Of a DNA stretch of 64,000 nt, positions 1 through 9,449 are shown piece by piece. The stretch lies in the NCBI GenBank assembly GCA_000505065.1, contig AWSN01000001.1, positions 339,647-403,646 of the forward strand. Reading direction: 5' to 3'. This DNA is from Parcubacteria bacterium RAAC4_OD1_1. Its GTDB lineage: Bacteria; Patescibacteriota; Minisyncoccia; Phycocordibacterales; UBA9973. The notes beneath the pieces were generated by a model. It was given only the letters and a program-made list of their open reading frames with translations, searched no databases and was not told where the DNA came from. Positions within the stretch are counted from its first letter, which is position 1, and each line of letters begins with the position of its first letter. A program made the translations under genes and the position numbers.

Positions 1-167
1 ACTTAGGGGGAAGTTCCTATGTATTACTACCTCGTTCGCCACTAACTTTAAACGACCTTTGACCTTGATATAATCTCAATCTCCGGAAATAAAAAGTCCG
101 TTCGACTTGCATGCCTTATCCACGCCGCCAGCGTTCATCCTGAGCTAGGATCAAACTCTATTAAAAA
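1..167 (-). rRNA. rrs: 16S rRNA gene, 5' end (continues beyond window start)
   Basis: Reverse complement reads AGAGTTTGATCCTAGCTCAGGATGAACGCTGGCGGCGTGGATAAGGCATGCAAGTCGAACG...AGTGGCGAACG. The exact 5' end is approximate. Confidence 0.97.
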
Positions 168-340
168 AATAGAACGAAACAAAATAAAAAATACTTTGTT
201 TTTACTGGATTATCGTCTCGCACGTTGCGAGACTTAACTTTATGATTTGCTACCACTTAAAAAGTGGGCAAATATTATATTGCCTCGATTAATTTACTCC
301 TAAAATAATCGGGCTAATTGAATGATACATTTCTATATAA

Positions 341-416
341 TTTTCAAAGAAATTAAAACAGCCAGAAACTAATCAGACTGTGGGTTCTATTATATACAAA
401 TCAATAAATAAGTCAA
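341..416 (-). promoter_or_regulatory. rRNA promoter and boxA
   Basis: Minus strand TTGACT-N16-TATAAT (416-389), then TTTCTTTGAAAA, boxA-like (352-341), upstream of the 16S gene. Confidence 0.75.
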
Positions 417-468
417 GGGTTTTTTATATAAAATAATACATAATAAAAACCCTTATTTTAAAAGGTTT

Positions 469-918
469 TTATTTGATGTTATCTTTATTAAAAGCTTTCC
501 TTATTTTACCTTCATTTGGGTCTTTGCCAATATTAGATTTCTTGATATTAGATAATTTATTTTTCTTATTTTCAATATTTTGTCTTTTAGCTTCATTAAA
601 TCTTCCAAACAATTCCCAACCTTGATCTTCTTTCTCAAACAAAATATTATCATCTAATTTAAGTTCTTTTAAGCTTACATAAGATTCGTCTTCGTTATTA
701 TCTTTTTTAACTTCTTCTATATCTCCATTTTGTTCTAACTCTTTAATAACTTCAAAATCATACTCCGTCAAAAGATGACCATTTTCTTTTGGTGCTTCTA
801 GTGGTTCTTCTTTTTTATCATCAATCTGATTGTCAAATTTTATTTCGAGTTGCTCTGCATCTGGTTTATTTATTTTTTTATTAAAACTAAATTTTTCCAT
901 AGCTCTATTATAATACAT
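469..918 (-). CDS. hypothetical charged protein (start probably at MEKF, ~900)
   Basis: 149-aa ORF rich in E/K/D/N with no recognisable motif. TATAAT lies just upstream of the second ATG. Confidence 0.6.
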   Translation of the reverse strand: MYYNRAMEKFSFNKKINKPDAEQLEIKFDNQIDDKKEEPLEAPKENGHLLTEYDFEVIKELEQNGDIEEVKKDNNEDESYVSLKELKLDDNILFEKEDQGWELFGRFNEAKRQNIENKKNKLSNIKKSNIGKDPNEGKIRKAFNKDNIK

Positions 919-1045
919 TTTTAATATTTACAAAAACCTATTTTTCTGCAATAATTCATTTAACTAACATTCCCTGTTATGCTGTTTTGGTAAATCTAAA
1001 GCTAATACAGTAAAATAAAGTTTAGTTTAAGAAAATAAATAGTTT

Positions 1046-1121
1046 GCCCTGTTAGCTCAGCTGGTAGAGCAGCTCCCTCTTAAGGAGATGGTCGGGGGTT
1101 CGATCCCCTCACGGGGCACCA
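1046..1121 (+). tRNA. tRNA-Lys(CTT)
   Basis: Cloverleaf GCCCTGT...ACGGGGC-ACCA with anticodon loop CTCTTAA and T-loop TTCGATC. Confidence 0.95.
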
Positions 1122-1406
1122 AAGCGTGAGACCAAAGAAAGCAACCTTCGTTGCTTTCTTTCGCTTTTGTGAGACGGAGTCATATTTTTTTCAGCAGAAA
1201 AAATAGACGAGTCAGGGTCGTGAAATTTTTCTTGTGACGACAAAAAAAATATTCCTGACCAAATAAAAAAGCACAAAATTTGTGATTTTTAAACATACCT
1301 AAATGTATGTTTAAAAAGATCGAAAGACGGACCGCGACGGCGGGAGTCGGGGTCGCAAGATTTTTCAGTAGAAAAATACTTGTGACCGATTCCCTCACGG
1401 GGCACA
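1122..1406. mobile_element. small non-coding element at tRNA-Lys 3' end, closed by a duplicate of the tRNA 3' end
   Basis: CGATTCCCTCACGGGGCAC at ~1387-1405 repeats tRNA CGATCCCCTCACGGGGCAC. The interior has several hairpins, including the TTTTTCAGYAGAAAAA module. Confidence 0.6.
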
Positions 1407-1435
1407 AAAATAAAAAACCATTACAAAATGGTTTT

Positions 1436-2419
1436 TTATTTTCTCAACATTTTTACAAGCCCATCTATTAAGTATTTAATAGACTTATCATCATATAATG
1501 ACAAAGTGAAAACTGAATTCCCTGTTTTTTCAAAATCACTTTTTATTTTTTCTAATTTCTTTTGATCCGTCTTTTTACTTAAATCAAGCACGTCAGTTTT
1601 TGTAAGAATTATCACTTCCTTTTTTTCTAAAAGACTTTTATCGTAACTACCCAATTCTTTCCTGATCTGTTTGTAAACTTTTATTGGATTTTCATTTTCC
1701 AAAGATACAAGATGCGCAAGCATCCTAGTCCTCTTTATATGCTTTAAAAATTTAATTCCAAGTCCTTTTCCTTCACTCGCTCCCTCGATAAGTCCAGGAA
1801 TATCAGCAATGGTAAATCCATAAAAATCACCAAGGTTTGGATCAAGAGTTGTAAACTGATAACTACCAATTTTTGCATTTGCATTTGTAATAGAATTAAG
1901 AAGAGATGACTTCCCAGCATTAGGAAGACCAACTAGTCCAACATCAGCAAAAAGCTCAAGTTCTATTTTAAAATTACCCTCTTCCCCCCTTTTCCCTTTT
2001 GTTGCTCTTGTTGGAGTTGTGTTTGTTGAAGTTTTAAATTGTTCATTACCATATCCACCCACACCACCCTTAAGTAAAAGTTCTTTTTGTCCTGCCTCAT
2101 CTAAAGATACAGAAAATCCACTTTCGATATTTGTGATCACAGATCCCACTGGAAGCTCAATGATCAAATCTTTTCCATCACCGCCTTTTCTACTTCCCCC
2201 CGCTCCATCTTCACCACTCTCTCCTTCAAATTTTTTCTTATGTTTATATCTACTAAGTAAATGTATATCTTGGAGAGCTATAGCATAAATATCTCCACCA
2301 CGTCCTCCATCTCCACCGTTTGGACCTCCCTTATCTATAAACTTTTCTCGACGCCAGCGAACAACCCCGTCTCCACCGTGGCCAGCTTGTGCATAAAATT
2401 TTATTTCATCGATAAACAT
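1436..2419 (-). CDS. obgE: GTPase ObgE/CgtA
   Basis: MFIDEIK start, Gly-rich Obg fold (GGPNGGDGGRGG), G1 GLPNAGKS, FTT, DIPG, TKTD. The ORF-track extension to 2497 runs through a repeat element. Confidence 0.96.
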   Translation of the reverse strand: MFIDEIKFYAQAGHGGDGVVRWRREKFIDKGGPNGGDGGRGGDIYAIALQDIHLLSRYKHKKKFEGESGEDGAGGSRKGGDGKDLIIELPVGSVITNIESGFSVSLDEAGQKELLLKGGVGGYGNEQFKTSTNTTPTRATKGKRGEEGNFKIELELFADVGLVGLPNAGKSSLLNSITNANAKIGSYQFTTLDPNLGDFYGFTIADIPGLIEGASEGKGLGIKFLKHIKRTRMLAHLVSLENENPIKVYKQIRKELGSYDKSLLEKKEVIILTKTDVLDLSKKTDQKKLEKIKSDFEKTGNSVFTLSLYDDKSIKYLIDGLVKMLRK

Positions 2420-2422
2420 AAA

Positions 2423-2540
2423 AGCTAAAATTAAAATAGTCTTATTGGAGTGGCTTGCGAGCGCGACGGCGCGAGCACTTGAGAAAATTTTTAGCAAAAA
2501 ATTTTCGTGCCCTCCGAGAAGAGCTATTTTAATTTTAGCT
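2423..2540. repeat. dispersed palindromic repeat, family A (divergent copy)
   Basis: 17-bp terminal IR AGCTAAAATTAAAATAG/CTATTTTAATTTTAGCT. Core GCTTGCG...CGAGCA...AAATTTTTAGCAAAAAATTTTCGTGC...GAAGAGCTATTT resembles the copies at 4275, 15475 and 33061. Confidence 0.7.
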
Positions 2541-2557
2541 CTCCATTATTTATAACC

Positions 2558-3454
2558 TTAACTCATTAAAGCTTTTTTAACAAGTTCCATAATTCCTTCT
2601 TTAGATTTAGCAACAATTAAAAATCTACCATTATGACAAAAAATTGCATCTTTCACTCCAGATACTTGTGACATTTCTTCATCTCTTTTTCCAGCCCACT
2701 CTACAGGAAATGGCTTTCTTGTTTCAAATTTATACTTTTCTTTACGAACTGCTTCTGCTCGCCAAGTATCTCCTTTTTTAAAAACTACATACAATGGTTC
2801 ACTATATTCATTTATAATTTCAAACCAAGGGTATGATTTATCAAAAATAAGAACTCTTTTATCTTCTGACTCCTCGTAAACTTTTTTAACAATAGATGCT
2901 ACTTCAATAGAATCTTTAATTCTTACAATTTCTCTTTTTAAAATATCTGCAACTAAAGGAACTAATTTAATAAATGGAGCATCATAATCTTCTTTTTCTT
3001 TCCAGCTTGGTCTAAAACTAAAAAATAAATCCTGTATTGTATATGGAGCAATTCCACTATTAACATCAAAAAGATTTATGCCATTATCGTTTGCATCAAT
3101 TGGTAAAACTAATCTCTCTTCTATCTTCTCCGCAACTTCTTTACTCTCACAAATTTCTTCTCCATACTTTTTCCAAATAAGACCAAAAGATGAGTAAGGA
3201 ATTCCATTTTCTCTTTGCCCAGCACCACCCTTCTGATGGTGATCAAACTTATTTTTCTCTGGGTCATATTCTCCACCTACATCATATAAATAATCAGCTT
3301 TCTCAAAAATTTTCGGATCTCTTGTGCGAATGATTTTGATATTTCCATCATTTAAAATAGAGAGTGTCGCTGTTGCAAAAAGATCATCAGCATGAAAAGC
3401 TCCATTGTGAGTGACACATATTTTCTTTTTTTTTAAAAAATTCATATTAATCAA
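2558..3454 (-). CDS. MYG1 family (UPF0160) exonuclease
   Basis: THNGAFHADD, DVGGEYDP, FDHHQ and FCH motifs. Confidence 0.92.
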   Translation of the reverse strand: MINMNFLKKKKICVTHNGAFHADDLFATATLSILNDGNIKIIRTRDPKIFEKADYLYDVGGEYDPEKNKFDHHQKGGAGQRENGIPYSSFGLIWKKYGEEICESKEVAEKIEERLVLPIDANDNGINLFDVNSGIAPYTIQDLFFSFRPSWKEKEDYDAPFIKLVPLVADILKREIVRIKDSIEVASIVKKVYEESEDKRVLIFDKSYPWFEIINEYSEPLYVVFKKGDTWRAEAVRKEKYKFETRKPFPVEWAGKRDEEMSQVSGVKDAIFCHNGRFLIVAKSKEGIMELVKKALMS

Positions 3455-3788
3455 AATGAAAAAATTTTGTAAGTATCCAGTTTATAATTGAAACAACTAT
3501 AGCACTTATAAATGCCGAAACAAAAGTTGCAACAACAAATCCGTCTATAACGGTTCCAAGATACCAAAAAACTAGGCCATTTATAACAAGAGAAAAAAGA
3601 CCTAGTGTAATTATATTTATAGGAAGAGTTAATATTTTTATAACAGGTTTAATAAACATATTAAAAAGTGCTAAACAAGCACCTACCACAAAAGAAGACA
3701 AGACGGAATCTGTACTTACTCCTGAAATCAATTCGGATGTGACCCAAACTGCTATAGACAATATCAACCAACGTAAAATAATTCGCAT
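3447..3788 (-). CDS. 4-TM 'phage holin family' (YvlD/DUF360-like) membrane protein
   Basis: KPVIKILTLPINIITLGLFSLVIN signature and hydrophobic helices. Confidence 0.85.
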   Translation of the reverse strand: MRIILRWLILSIAVWVTSELISGVSTDSVLSSFVVGACLALFNMFIKPVIKILTLPINIITLGLFSLVINGLVFWYLGTVIDGFVVATFVSAFISAIVVSIINWILTKFFHFD

Positions 3789-3799
3789 AATTTTATATT

Positions 3800-4255
3800 T
3801 TATTTATAAAGTTCATCAACCACACTTTTAACCATAGCTCCATCTGCTTTACCCTTCAAATCTTTCATAAGTGTTGCCATAAACATTCCTTTCTTTGTAG
3901 GGTCTATTATACTTACTTCTCTGATTTTATTTTTTACAAATTCTTCCACTTCTTCCTTCTCCATCAATTTGGGTAAATATTCATTGAGTATTGCAAGTTG
4001 TTTAGATTCTTCTTCAACAAGATCCATTCTTCCTCCCTTGGTAAATTGCTCTATAGAATCTTTTCTTTGTTTTGCTAGTCTTGTAATCACAATAATTGAT
4101 TGCTCATCAGTAAGAGTATCTTGTGGGGTCCTCCCTGTTGCCACAAGTTCATTCATAAATGCAGTTGAAAGGCCCCTCATCACTTCGAGCCTCACCTTAT
4201 CCCCTGCTTTCATACTTTCTTTTATTCCATTTTTTATATTTTCATGTAATGTCAT
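3800..4255 (-). CDS. GatB/YqeY domain protein
   Basis: MTLHENIK..ESMKAGD, KQRKDSIEQF..GGRMDL, YLP, GKADG. Start placed at the MTL ATG. Confidence 0.92.
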   Translation of the reverse strand: MTLHENIKNGIKESMKAGDKVRLEVMRGLSTAFMNELVATGRTPQDTLTDEQSIIVITRLAKQRKDSIEQFTKGGRMDLVEEESKQLAILNEYLPKLMEKEEVEEFVKNKIREVSIIDPTKKGMFMATLMKDLKGKADGAMVKSVVDELYK

Positions 4256-4274
4256 GTATTTATTATAACACAAA

Positions 4275-4391
4275 AATCTTGAATAAAATAGTCTTTGAGA
4301 AATGCCTTGCGCAGGACGACGGTCCGAGCAGAGCAAAAATCCAGCAGGATTTTATGTGTGCATTTCAAGAAGAGCTATTTTATTCAAGATT
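4275..4391 (+). repeat. dispersed palindromic repeat, family A
   Basis: AAATAGTCTTTGAGAAATGCCTTGCGCAGG...CGAGCAGAGCAAA..CAGCAG..TTATGTGTGCATTT..AGAAGAGCTATTT with a 17-bp terminal IR. Near-identical inverted copy at 33061-33179. Confidence 0.85.
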
Positions 4392-4414
4392 AATAAAATG
4401 CTACAATATAATAT

Positions 4415-5140
4415 ATGAAACAAATTATATTTTTTGATACAGAGACAACAGGCAATGAACCCAAAAAAGATTTCCTTTGCCAATTAGCATATAAAAATGG
4501 CACAGAAACTTTCTGTGAACTTTACAAACCATCTATTCCTATACCACCTGAAGCAAGTGCTATTACCCATATTACAAACAAAATGGTTACCACAAAAAAT
4601 CATTTCCAAGAAGATCCAAGTTATAAAACAATCAAAGAATTATTTGAAGATCCAAATGGAGTAGTCGTCGCCCACAATGCCAAGTTTGACCTTGCTATCA
4701 TAGAAAAAGAAAACATCAAGCCAGCCAATTTCATTTGCACTCTTCGTGTCGCAAGATATTTAGATAAAGAAAATGTAATTCCCCAATATAAACTCCAATA
4801 TTTAAGATACTATCTAGAGATAGAAATAGAAGCTTCGGCTCATGATGCACTTGGAGATGTCCTCGTGCTTGAGAAATTATACGAGAGATTAATTGCAAAA
4901 ATAATGAAGGAAGAAAATTGTGATGAAGCTAATGCCATAGAAAAAATGATAGAAATTTCAAGTCGTCCTTCACTTATGAATATGTTTAATTTTGGAAAAT
5001 ACAATGGCAAAACAGTCGAGGAGGTAGCAAATATTGACCGCGGATATTTAGAATGGATGCTTGCCCAAAAAGAGCAAAACCCTGACAACGAAGAAGATTG
5101 GATTTATACATTAAAACATTATTTGGGGAAATTAAAATAA
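4415..5140 (+). CDS. DEDDh 3'-5' exonuclease (ExoX/DnaQ-like) with C-terminal FGKY domain
   Basis: FFDTETTG, AHNAKFD, AHDALGD, FGKYNG. Confidence 0.9.
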   Translation: MKQIIFFDTETTGNEPKKDFLCQLAYKNGTETFCELYKPSIPIPPEASAITHITNKMVTTKNHFQEDPSYKTIKELFEDPNGVVVAHNAKFDLAIIEKENIKPANFICTLRVARYLDKENVIPQYKLQYLRYYLEIEIEASAHDALGDVLVLEKLYERLIAKIMKEENCDEANAIEKMIEISSRPSLMNMFNFGKYNGKTVEEVANIDRGYLEWMLAQKEQNPDNEEDWIYTLKHYLGKLK

Positions 5141-5161
5141 AAATATGCTAAAATATACCAT

Positions 5162-6211
5162 ATGGAAATTTTAATTATTATATTTTTAGGAGTACTTATT
5201 GTTCTAGTTATAGGATTATTTTTCTTTTTGAAAAAGCCGACAAAAGACAATAGCGACGGGGTGACAAATATGCTCCTCCAACAGATCAATGAGCTTTCTC
5301 GAACCATAGATAACAAGCTTGGGGAATCACAAAAAGAAATAAATCAATCAATGCGATACCAATCTACAGAAACTTCCCGTATCATAGCTGACATTACAGA
5401 AAAGATTACAAGGCTTGATGAAACGAACAAGCAAGTTGTTTCTTTCGCAGACCAACTTAAAAATTTACAAGACATTTTAAAGAACCCAAAGCAACGCGGA
5501 ATATTGGGAGAGTATTATCTAGAAACATTATTAAAGAATGTCATGCCTCCGGGGTCTTACCAGATGCAGTACCCATTCCCTGATGGCACAATAGTTGATG
5601 CAGTCGTATTTGTAAAAGACAAAATCATCCCAATAGATTCAAAATTCTCGCTCGAAAATTATAATCGTATAAGTGAAACTAGCGACAAGACAGAAAAAGA
5701 AAGGCTAGAAAAAGTTTTTATAAATGATTTAAAGAATAGAATTGTAGAAACTTCCAAATATATTTTACCTGAAGAAAATACAATGGACTTTGCATTTATG
5801 TTTATACCCCATGAAGCAATTTACTACGATCTACTTATAAATAAAATCGGTGCAGTGACAGAGGATACCGAGAATCTAATCCAGCGTGCCGCAAGCAAAT
5901 ACAAAGTTATCATTGTTTCCCCTACTTCATTCCTTGCATATCTTCAAACTGTACTTCAAGGTCTCAAGGCTATGCAGATAGAAGAAAGTGCTAAAGATAT
6001 AGTCAAAAGAGTTGGAGACTTGGGTAAACATTTAAAATCATATGAGGAAGTTCACCAAAAGTTGGGCAATGCCATCTCCACAGTCGCTAATCATTTCACA
6101 AAATCAAATCAGGAGTTTAAAAAAATAGACAAAGACGTTATGAGGATAACTGGTGAAGCTATAGGAATAGAAACAATACAAATAGAAAAGCCAGATCAAG
6201 AAGAAATGTAA
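5162..6211 (+). CDS. rmuC: DNA recombination protein RmuC
   Basis: N-terminal TM, coiled coil, RGILGE, DAVV..IPIDSKF, MFIPHE, SPT. Confidence 0.93.
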   Translation: MEILIIIFLGVLIVLVIGLFFFLKKPTKDNSDGVTNMLLQQINELSRTIDNKLGESQKEINQSMRYQSTETSRIIADITEKITRLDETNKQVVSFADQLKNLQDILKNPKQRGILGEYYLETLLKNVMPPGSYQMQYPFPDGTIVDAVVFVKDKIIPIDSKFSLENYNRISETSDKTEKERLEKVFINDLKNRIVETSKYILPEENTMDFAFMFIPHEAIYYDLLINKIGAVTEDTENLIQRAASKYKVIIVSPTSFLAYLQTVLQGLKAMQIEESAKDIVKRVGDLGKHLKSYEEVHQKLGNAISTVANHFTKSNQEFKKIDKDVMRITGEAIGIETIQIEKPDQEEM

Positions 6212-6215
6212 AACA

Positions 6216-6255
6216 AACAGTCCAGCTCCGGCTTAAGCCGGAGCTGGACTGTTTT
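6216..6255. terminator. perfect palindrome, probable bidirectional terminator
   Basis: AAACAGTCCAGCTCCGGCTTAAGCCGGAGCTGGACTGTTT between convergent genes. Confidence 0.75.
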
Positions 6256-6274
6256 TAAATCTATTTTATCTTTA

Positions 6275-6742
6275 TTAGTTACAATAGTAACTTCCACATT
6301 GTGGATAGAAAAACTTTGGTCCTATAAATGATACATAATCACTAGGAACTCCACTGTATCCACCATTTAGATATGGATAACCACTCATAGTTGTTCTTTG
6401 TGATCCATAAATACTATTACTAAACATTGGATTTTGATAGTATCCATAATTTCCTCCATAATATGAAGGAGAATAACCATAGCCACCACCATAATTAGAA
6501 GCATAATTATAATTATCATAGCCGTAGCCACCATAACTAGAGCCATAACCATAATTATCGTAACCATAGCCACTATCATATCCATAGTTATCATAGCCAT
6601 AACCATACCCATCATTATAATAATTACTTGAGCCAAAACTTATATCAACCCCAAAGTAAGCATCAGATTTCTCAGGAAGAGCAAATACTGAAACTCCAAC
6701 AAGGATGACAAAAGCGACTACTAAAATGTTAATTTTTTTCAT
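6275..6742 (-). CDS. secreted Gly/Tyr-rich low-complexity protein
   Basis: Signal peptide followed by GYGYDNY repeats. Confidence 0.75.
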   Translation of the reverse strand: MKKINILVVAFVILVGVSVFALPEKSDAYFGVDISFGSSNYYNDGYGYGYDNYGYDSGYGYDNYGYGSSYGGYGYDNYNYASNYGGGYGYSPSYYGGNYGYYQNPMFSNSIYGSQRTTMSGYPYLNGGYSGVPSDYVSFIGPKFFYPQCGSYYCN

Positions 6743-6873
6743 AACATATATATTATATACCTTTTAAATCATTTTGTCAAGCCTAATTAAAACCCTTTAT
6801 TTAATACCTTTTCTATAAAAAAACCATCACCTAAACGTAGGGATGGTTTAATCTTATAAAAAACAAAAAAAAA

Positions 6874-7749
6874 TTAACTAGCCAACACCTGCTCTTTAAT
6901 CTTTTCCAAATAAGAACATTTTCTAAGTTTTCGAAAAGCCACAGTTTTAATATTTTCAACTGTTTCTTTTGGAATTTTCATTTCAAAAGCTATTTCACTA
7001 ATCGTTTTCTTTTCATAACCAATTCCAAAATTTTTCACGATGATTTCTTTTTGAACATCAGATAAAACAGATAACAGTCTTTGAACATTTTCATATCCCG
7101 ACATTACTTCTAAAAGTCTAAATGGATTGGGAGCATTTTTATCTTCTAAAACATCATATAAGTTTTTTTCTTCTTCATTATTTTTATAATCAAGTGAAAA
7201 AGCTGGTATTGAATATTGAGAAGCGGCTAATATGTTTTTAACACTTTTGCCTGTAATCTGAGACAACTCTTCAAGTGTAGGATTACGATCATTTTCTTTT
7301 TCAAATGAAGCTTTCACTTTCTTAATTTTATTAATAAGTTCAATTGCATTATAAGGAAGAGATATTACTCTGTCTTGCTTATAACTAAGATCTATCATTG
7401 ATTGTTTAATCCACGAAACAGCATAAGTAATCAACTTAAAACCTTTTGTGTCATCAAATCTTTCAATTGCTTTAATGAGTCCCAGATTCCCTGCATTAAT
7501 AAGATCAGACAGTTCCGAAAAGGGATATTTCTTTTTATGTTCATTTGCGACAGAAATTACAAATCGCAAATTTGCACAAATAAGTTCGTTCCTTGCCTCA
7601 ATGTCACCCTTCTTAGCTTTTCTAACTAAAACCACTTCCTTTTCAGCATTTATTAAATGATATTTACTAACATCATTTAAATAATAAGAAATCACAGATG
7701 TTCTTTCTGTGATAGAAAATTGGGATACTTTTAAATTAAGCTTTGTCAT
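6874..7749 (-). CDS. RNA polymerase sigma-70 factor, RpoD/SigA-like, lacking region 1.1
   Basis: YYLNDV (region 1.2), ANLRFVISVA, DLINAGNLGLIKAIERFD..KGFKLITYA (region 2), regions 3 and 4. Confidence 0.92.
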   Translation of the reverse strand: MTKLNLKVSQFSITERTSVISYYLNDVSKYHLINAEKEVVLVRKAKKGDIEARNELICANLRFVISVANEHKKKYPFSELSDLINAGNLGLIKAIERFDDTKGFKLITYAVSWIKQSMIDLSYKQDRVISLPYNAIELINKIKKVKASFEKENDRNPTLEELSQITGKSVKNILAASQYSIPAFSLDYKNNEEEKNLYDVLEDKNAPNPFRLLEVMSGYENVQRLLSVLSDVQKEIIVKNFGIGYEKKTISEIAFEMKIPKETVENIKTVAFRKLRKCSYLEKIKEQVLAS

Positions 7750-7831
7750 TCTCGTAAGTTTTTAATTGTTTATTTTTTGTTTTGTTAAATTACTATTTTT
7801 AAAATTAAATTACACTATTTTTACATAAAAA

Positions 7832-8416
7832 TCAACCCTTCTTACCTTTTCTAAATACCACTAATAACAAAACCAATGTATCAAATATAAATAAATATAA
7901 TGGATAAAGGAACTCTATTGGCATAAAATTATTAACTGCAAAAAGACTAAAAAGTCCTGCCAAAGAACAGAAACCCCAAGCAAGTGCTAACTCAGATTTT
8001 GGATTTTTATATGTTTTTATAATTGTTGGAATTCCAAAAAATAGATCAGCAAGTACTGCACACACGACCGCAACAAGAGCAATATCAGTAATTTGCCATA
8101 GTACTACTCCCAAGATTCCTAATCCAAAAAACATATAATCATATGTGGTCGTAGACCATACTCCTACTTTTTTATAAACAGAATAAATAACCACAAGCAC
8201 ACATGAAAGTGTATTAGCAAAAAGTATAATAACAGACCACTCTCCACCTTCAGATAACATTGCAAGCCCCCCTATAAATGTGATGAACGCCCACCCAAGC
8301 CAAGACAAATTGTGTGGATGTATTTCCTTTTTGTGAATACTAAAAAAGTAAGGCACAATCCCAAGGAAAGTAAAAACTGCTGACAAAATCCCAAATAAAA
8401 TTTTAATATTATACAT
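7832..8416 (-). CDS. multi-pass membrane protein (PQ-loop-like)
   Basis: About 7 TM helices. IPTIIKTYKNPKSE motif. Confidence 0.7.
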   Translation of the reverse strand: MYNIKILFGILSAVFTFLGIVPYFFSIHKKEIHPHNLSWLGWAFITFIGGLAMLSEGGEWSVIILFANTLSCVLVVIYSVYKKVGVWSTTTYDYMFFGLGILGVVLWQITDIALVAVVCAVLADLFFGIPTIIKTYKNPKSELALAWGFCSLAGLFSLFAVNNFMPIEFLYPLYLFIFDTLVLLLVVFRKGKKG

Positions 8417-8419
8417 ATT

Positions 8420-8692
8420 TTATTTCTCTAACTTTTTATATAAAGTCCCTGTTATGATTAGTATAATGACTCCAAAAGAAAACATAGCCCAAGGGTTAAA
8501 TTTCAAAAAATTTATACTAAGTATCAAATCTTTAACTCCTTGGCTCATCATCGTCGCCCCAATGACGACAAGGAAAGCAAAAAGAAGCGGATATCTCTCA
8601 AAGACAGATTTCCCTTTTTTACTAAACATCTCATTTATTTTTGCGGTAAGTTCTTCTACTTTTTTTAATAAATCTAATTGATTTTTATCCAT
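8420..8692 (-). CDS. small 2-TM membrane protein
   Basis: 90-aa ORF with RYPLLF and two hydrophobic segments. Confidence 0.7.
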   Translation of the reverse strand: MDKNQLDLLKKVEELTAKINEMFSKKGKSVFERYPLLFAFLVVIGATMMSQGVKDLILSINFLKFNPWAMFSFGVIILIITGTLYKKLEK

Positions 8693-8756
8693 AATTCTAT
8701 TCTATCATTTTATCAGCCAAAAATAAAAAGCCCCATAGGGCTTTTTATTTTTGAAA

Positions 8757-9308
8757 TTATTTAGATTTCTTTTTTGAAGCTACTTTTTTAACTTCCACTT
8801 TCTTTACAGGTGCTTTTAAAGCTACTTTTTTAACTGAAACTTTTTCAGTAGGCTTAGATACAGTCACTTTAGCAATTTCTTTTTTAGAAGTCATCCCTTC
8901 TATTGCATTTATAAGACGATCTAATTTTATATTCATTTCACTTAATTGCTTTTTAACATCATCATTTCCACCATGTGAATCATTTCTTACAAAAGAAGGC
9001 TTTCCGCCAAAATCTCTCCTTCCTCCTCTATCTCCAAAATCTTTTCTTCCTGTATCATTTCCTTTTTTACCTGAAAAACAATCATTACAATATATTGGCT
9101 TATCAGAAGATGGGCGAAAAGGAACTTCGCAAGGTTTATGACATTCATCACATACAGCTTTATGCATAGAAATTTCTCTTCTATCTCCACCGCGTCCTCC
9201 ACCAAATCCACCCTTGTTAAAACTAGGTCTTCCACCTCTGTCTCCTCCTCTAAACCCTCCATCTCTTCCTCCACCTCTATTACCTCCCCTATCATTAAAA
9301 TTTCCCAT
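8757..9308 (-). CDS. CxxC-x17-CxxC domain protein with RGG-rich N-terminus
   Basis: MHKAVCDECHKPCEVPFRPSSDKPIYCNDCF. Confidence 0.9.
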   Translation of the reverse strand: MGNFNDRGGNRGGGRDGGFRGGDRGGRPSFNKGGFGGGRGGDRREISMHKAVCDECHKPCEVPFRPSSDKPIYCNDCFSGKKGNDTGRKDFGDRGGRRDFGGKPSFVRNDSHGGNDDVKKQLSEMNIKLDRLINAIEGMTSKKEIAKVTVSKPTEKVSVKKVALKAPVKKVEVKKVASKKKSK

Positions 9309-9449
9309 TTTTATTTTTACCCATCTCCCTTACACTAGACAAGTTATTATTATTATTTCTTAATAATACCCTATTTCCAATAAAATAGCAAGGAAAACAA
9401 AAAGAGTCTCAACAATGTTGTGACTCTTTTAGAATAAACTAATTTATTT

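Noticed and set aside
1180-1407. ORFs 1180-1407, 45501-45728 and 59348-59533, and N-terminal extensions of obgE and the YqeY gene
   Set aside because: They overlap repeat elements or the T-box and are translations of non-coding palindromic DNA.
3447-3788. Prophage suggested by a holin-family gene
   Set aside because: This family is a common chromosomal membrane protein, and no phage genes are nearby.
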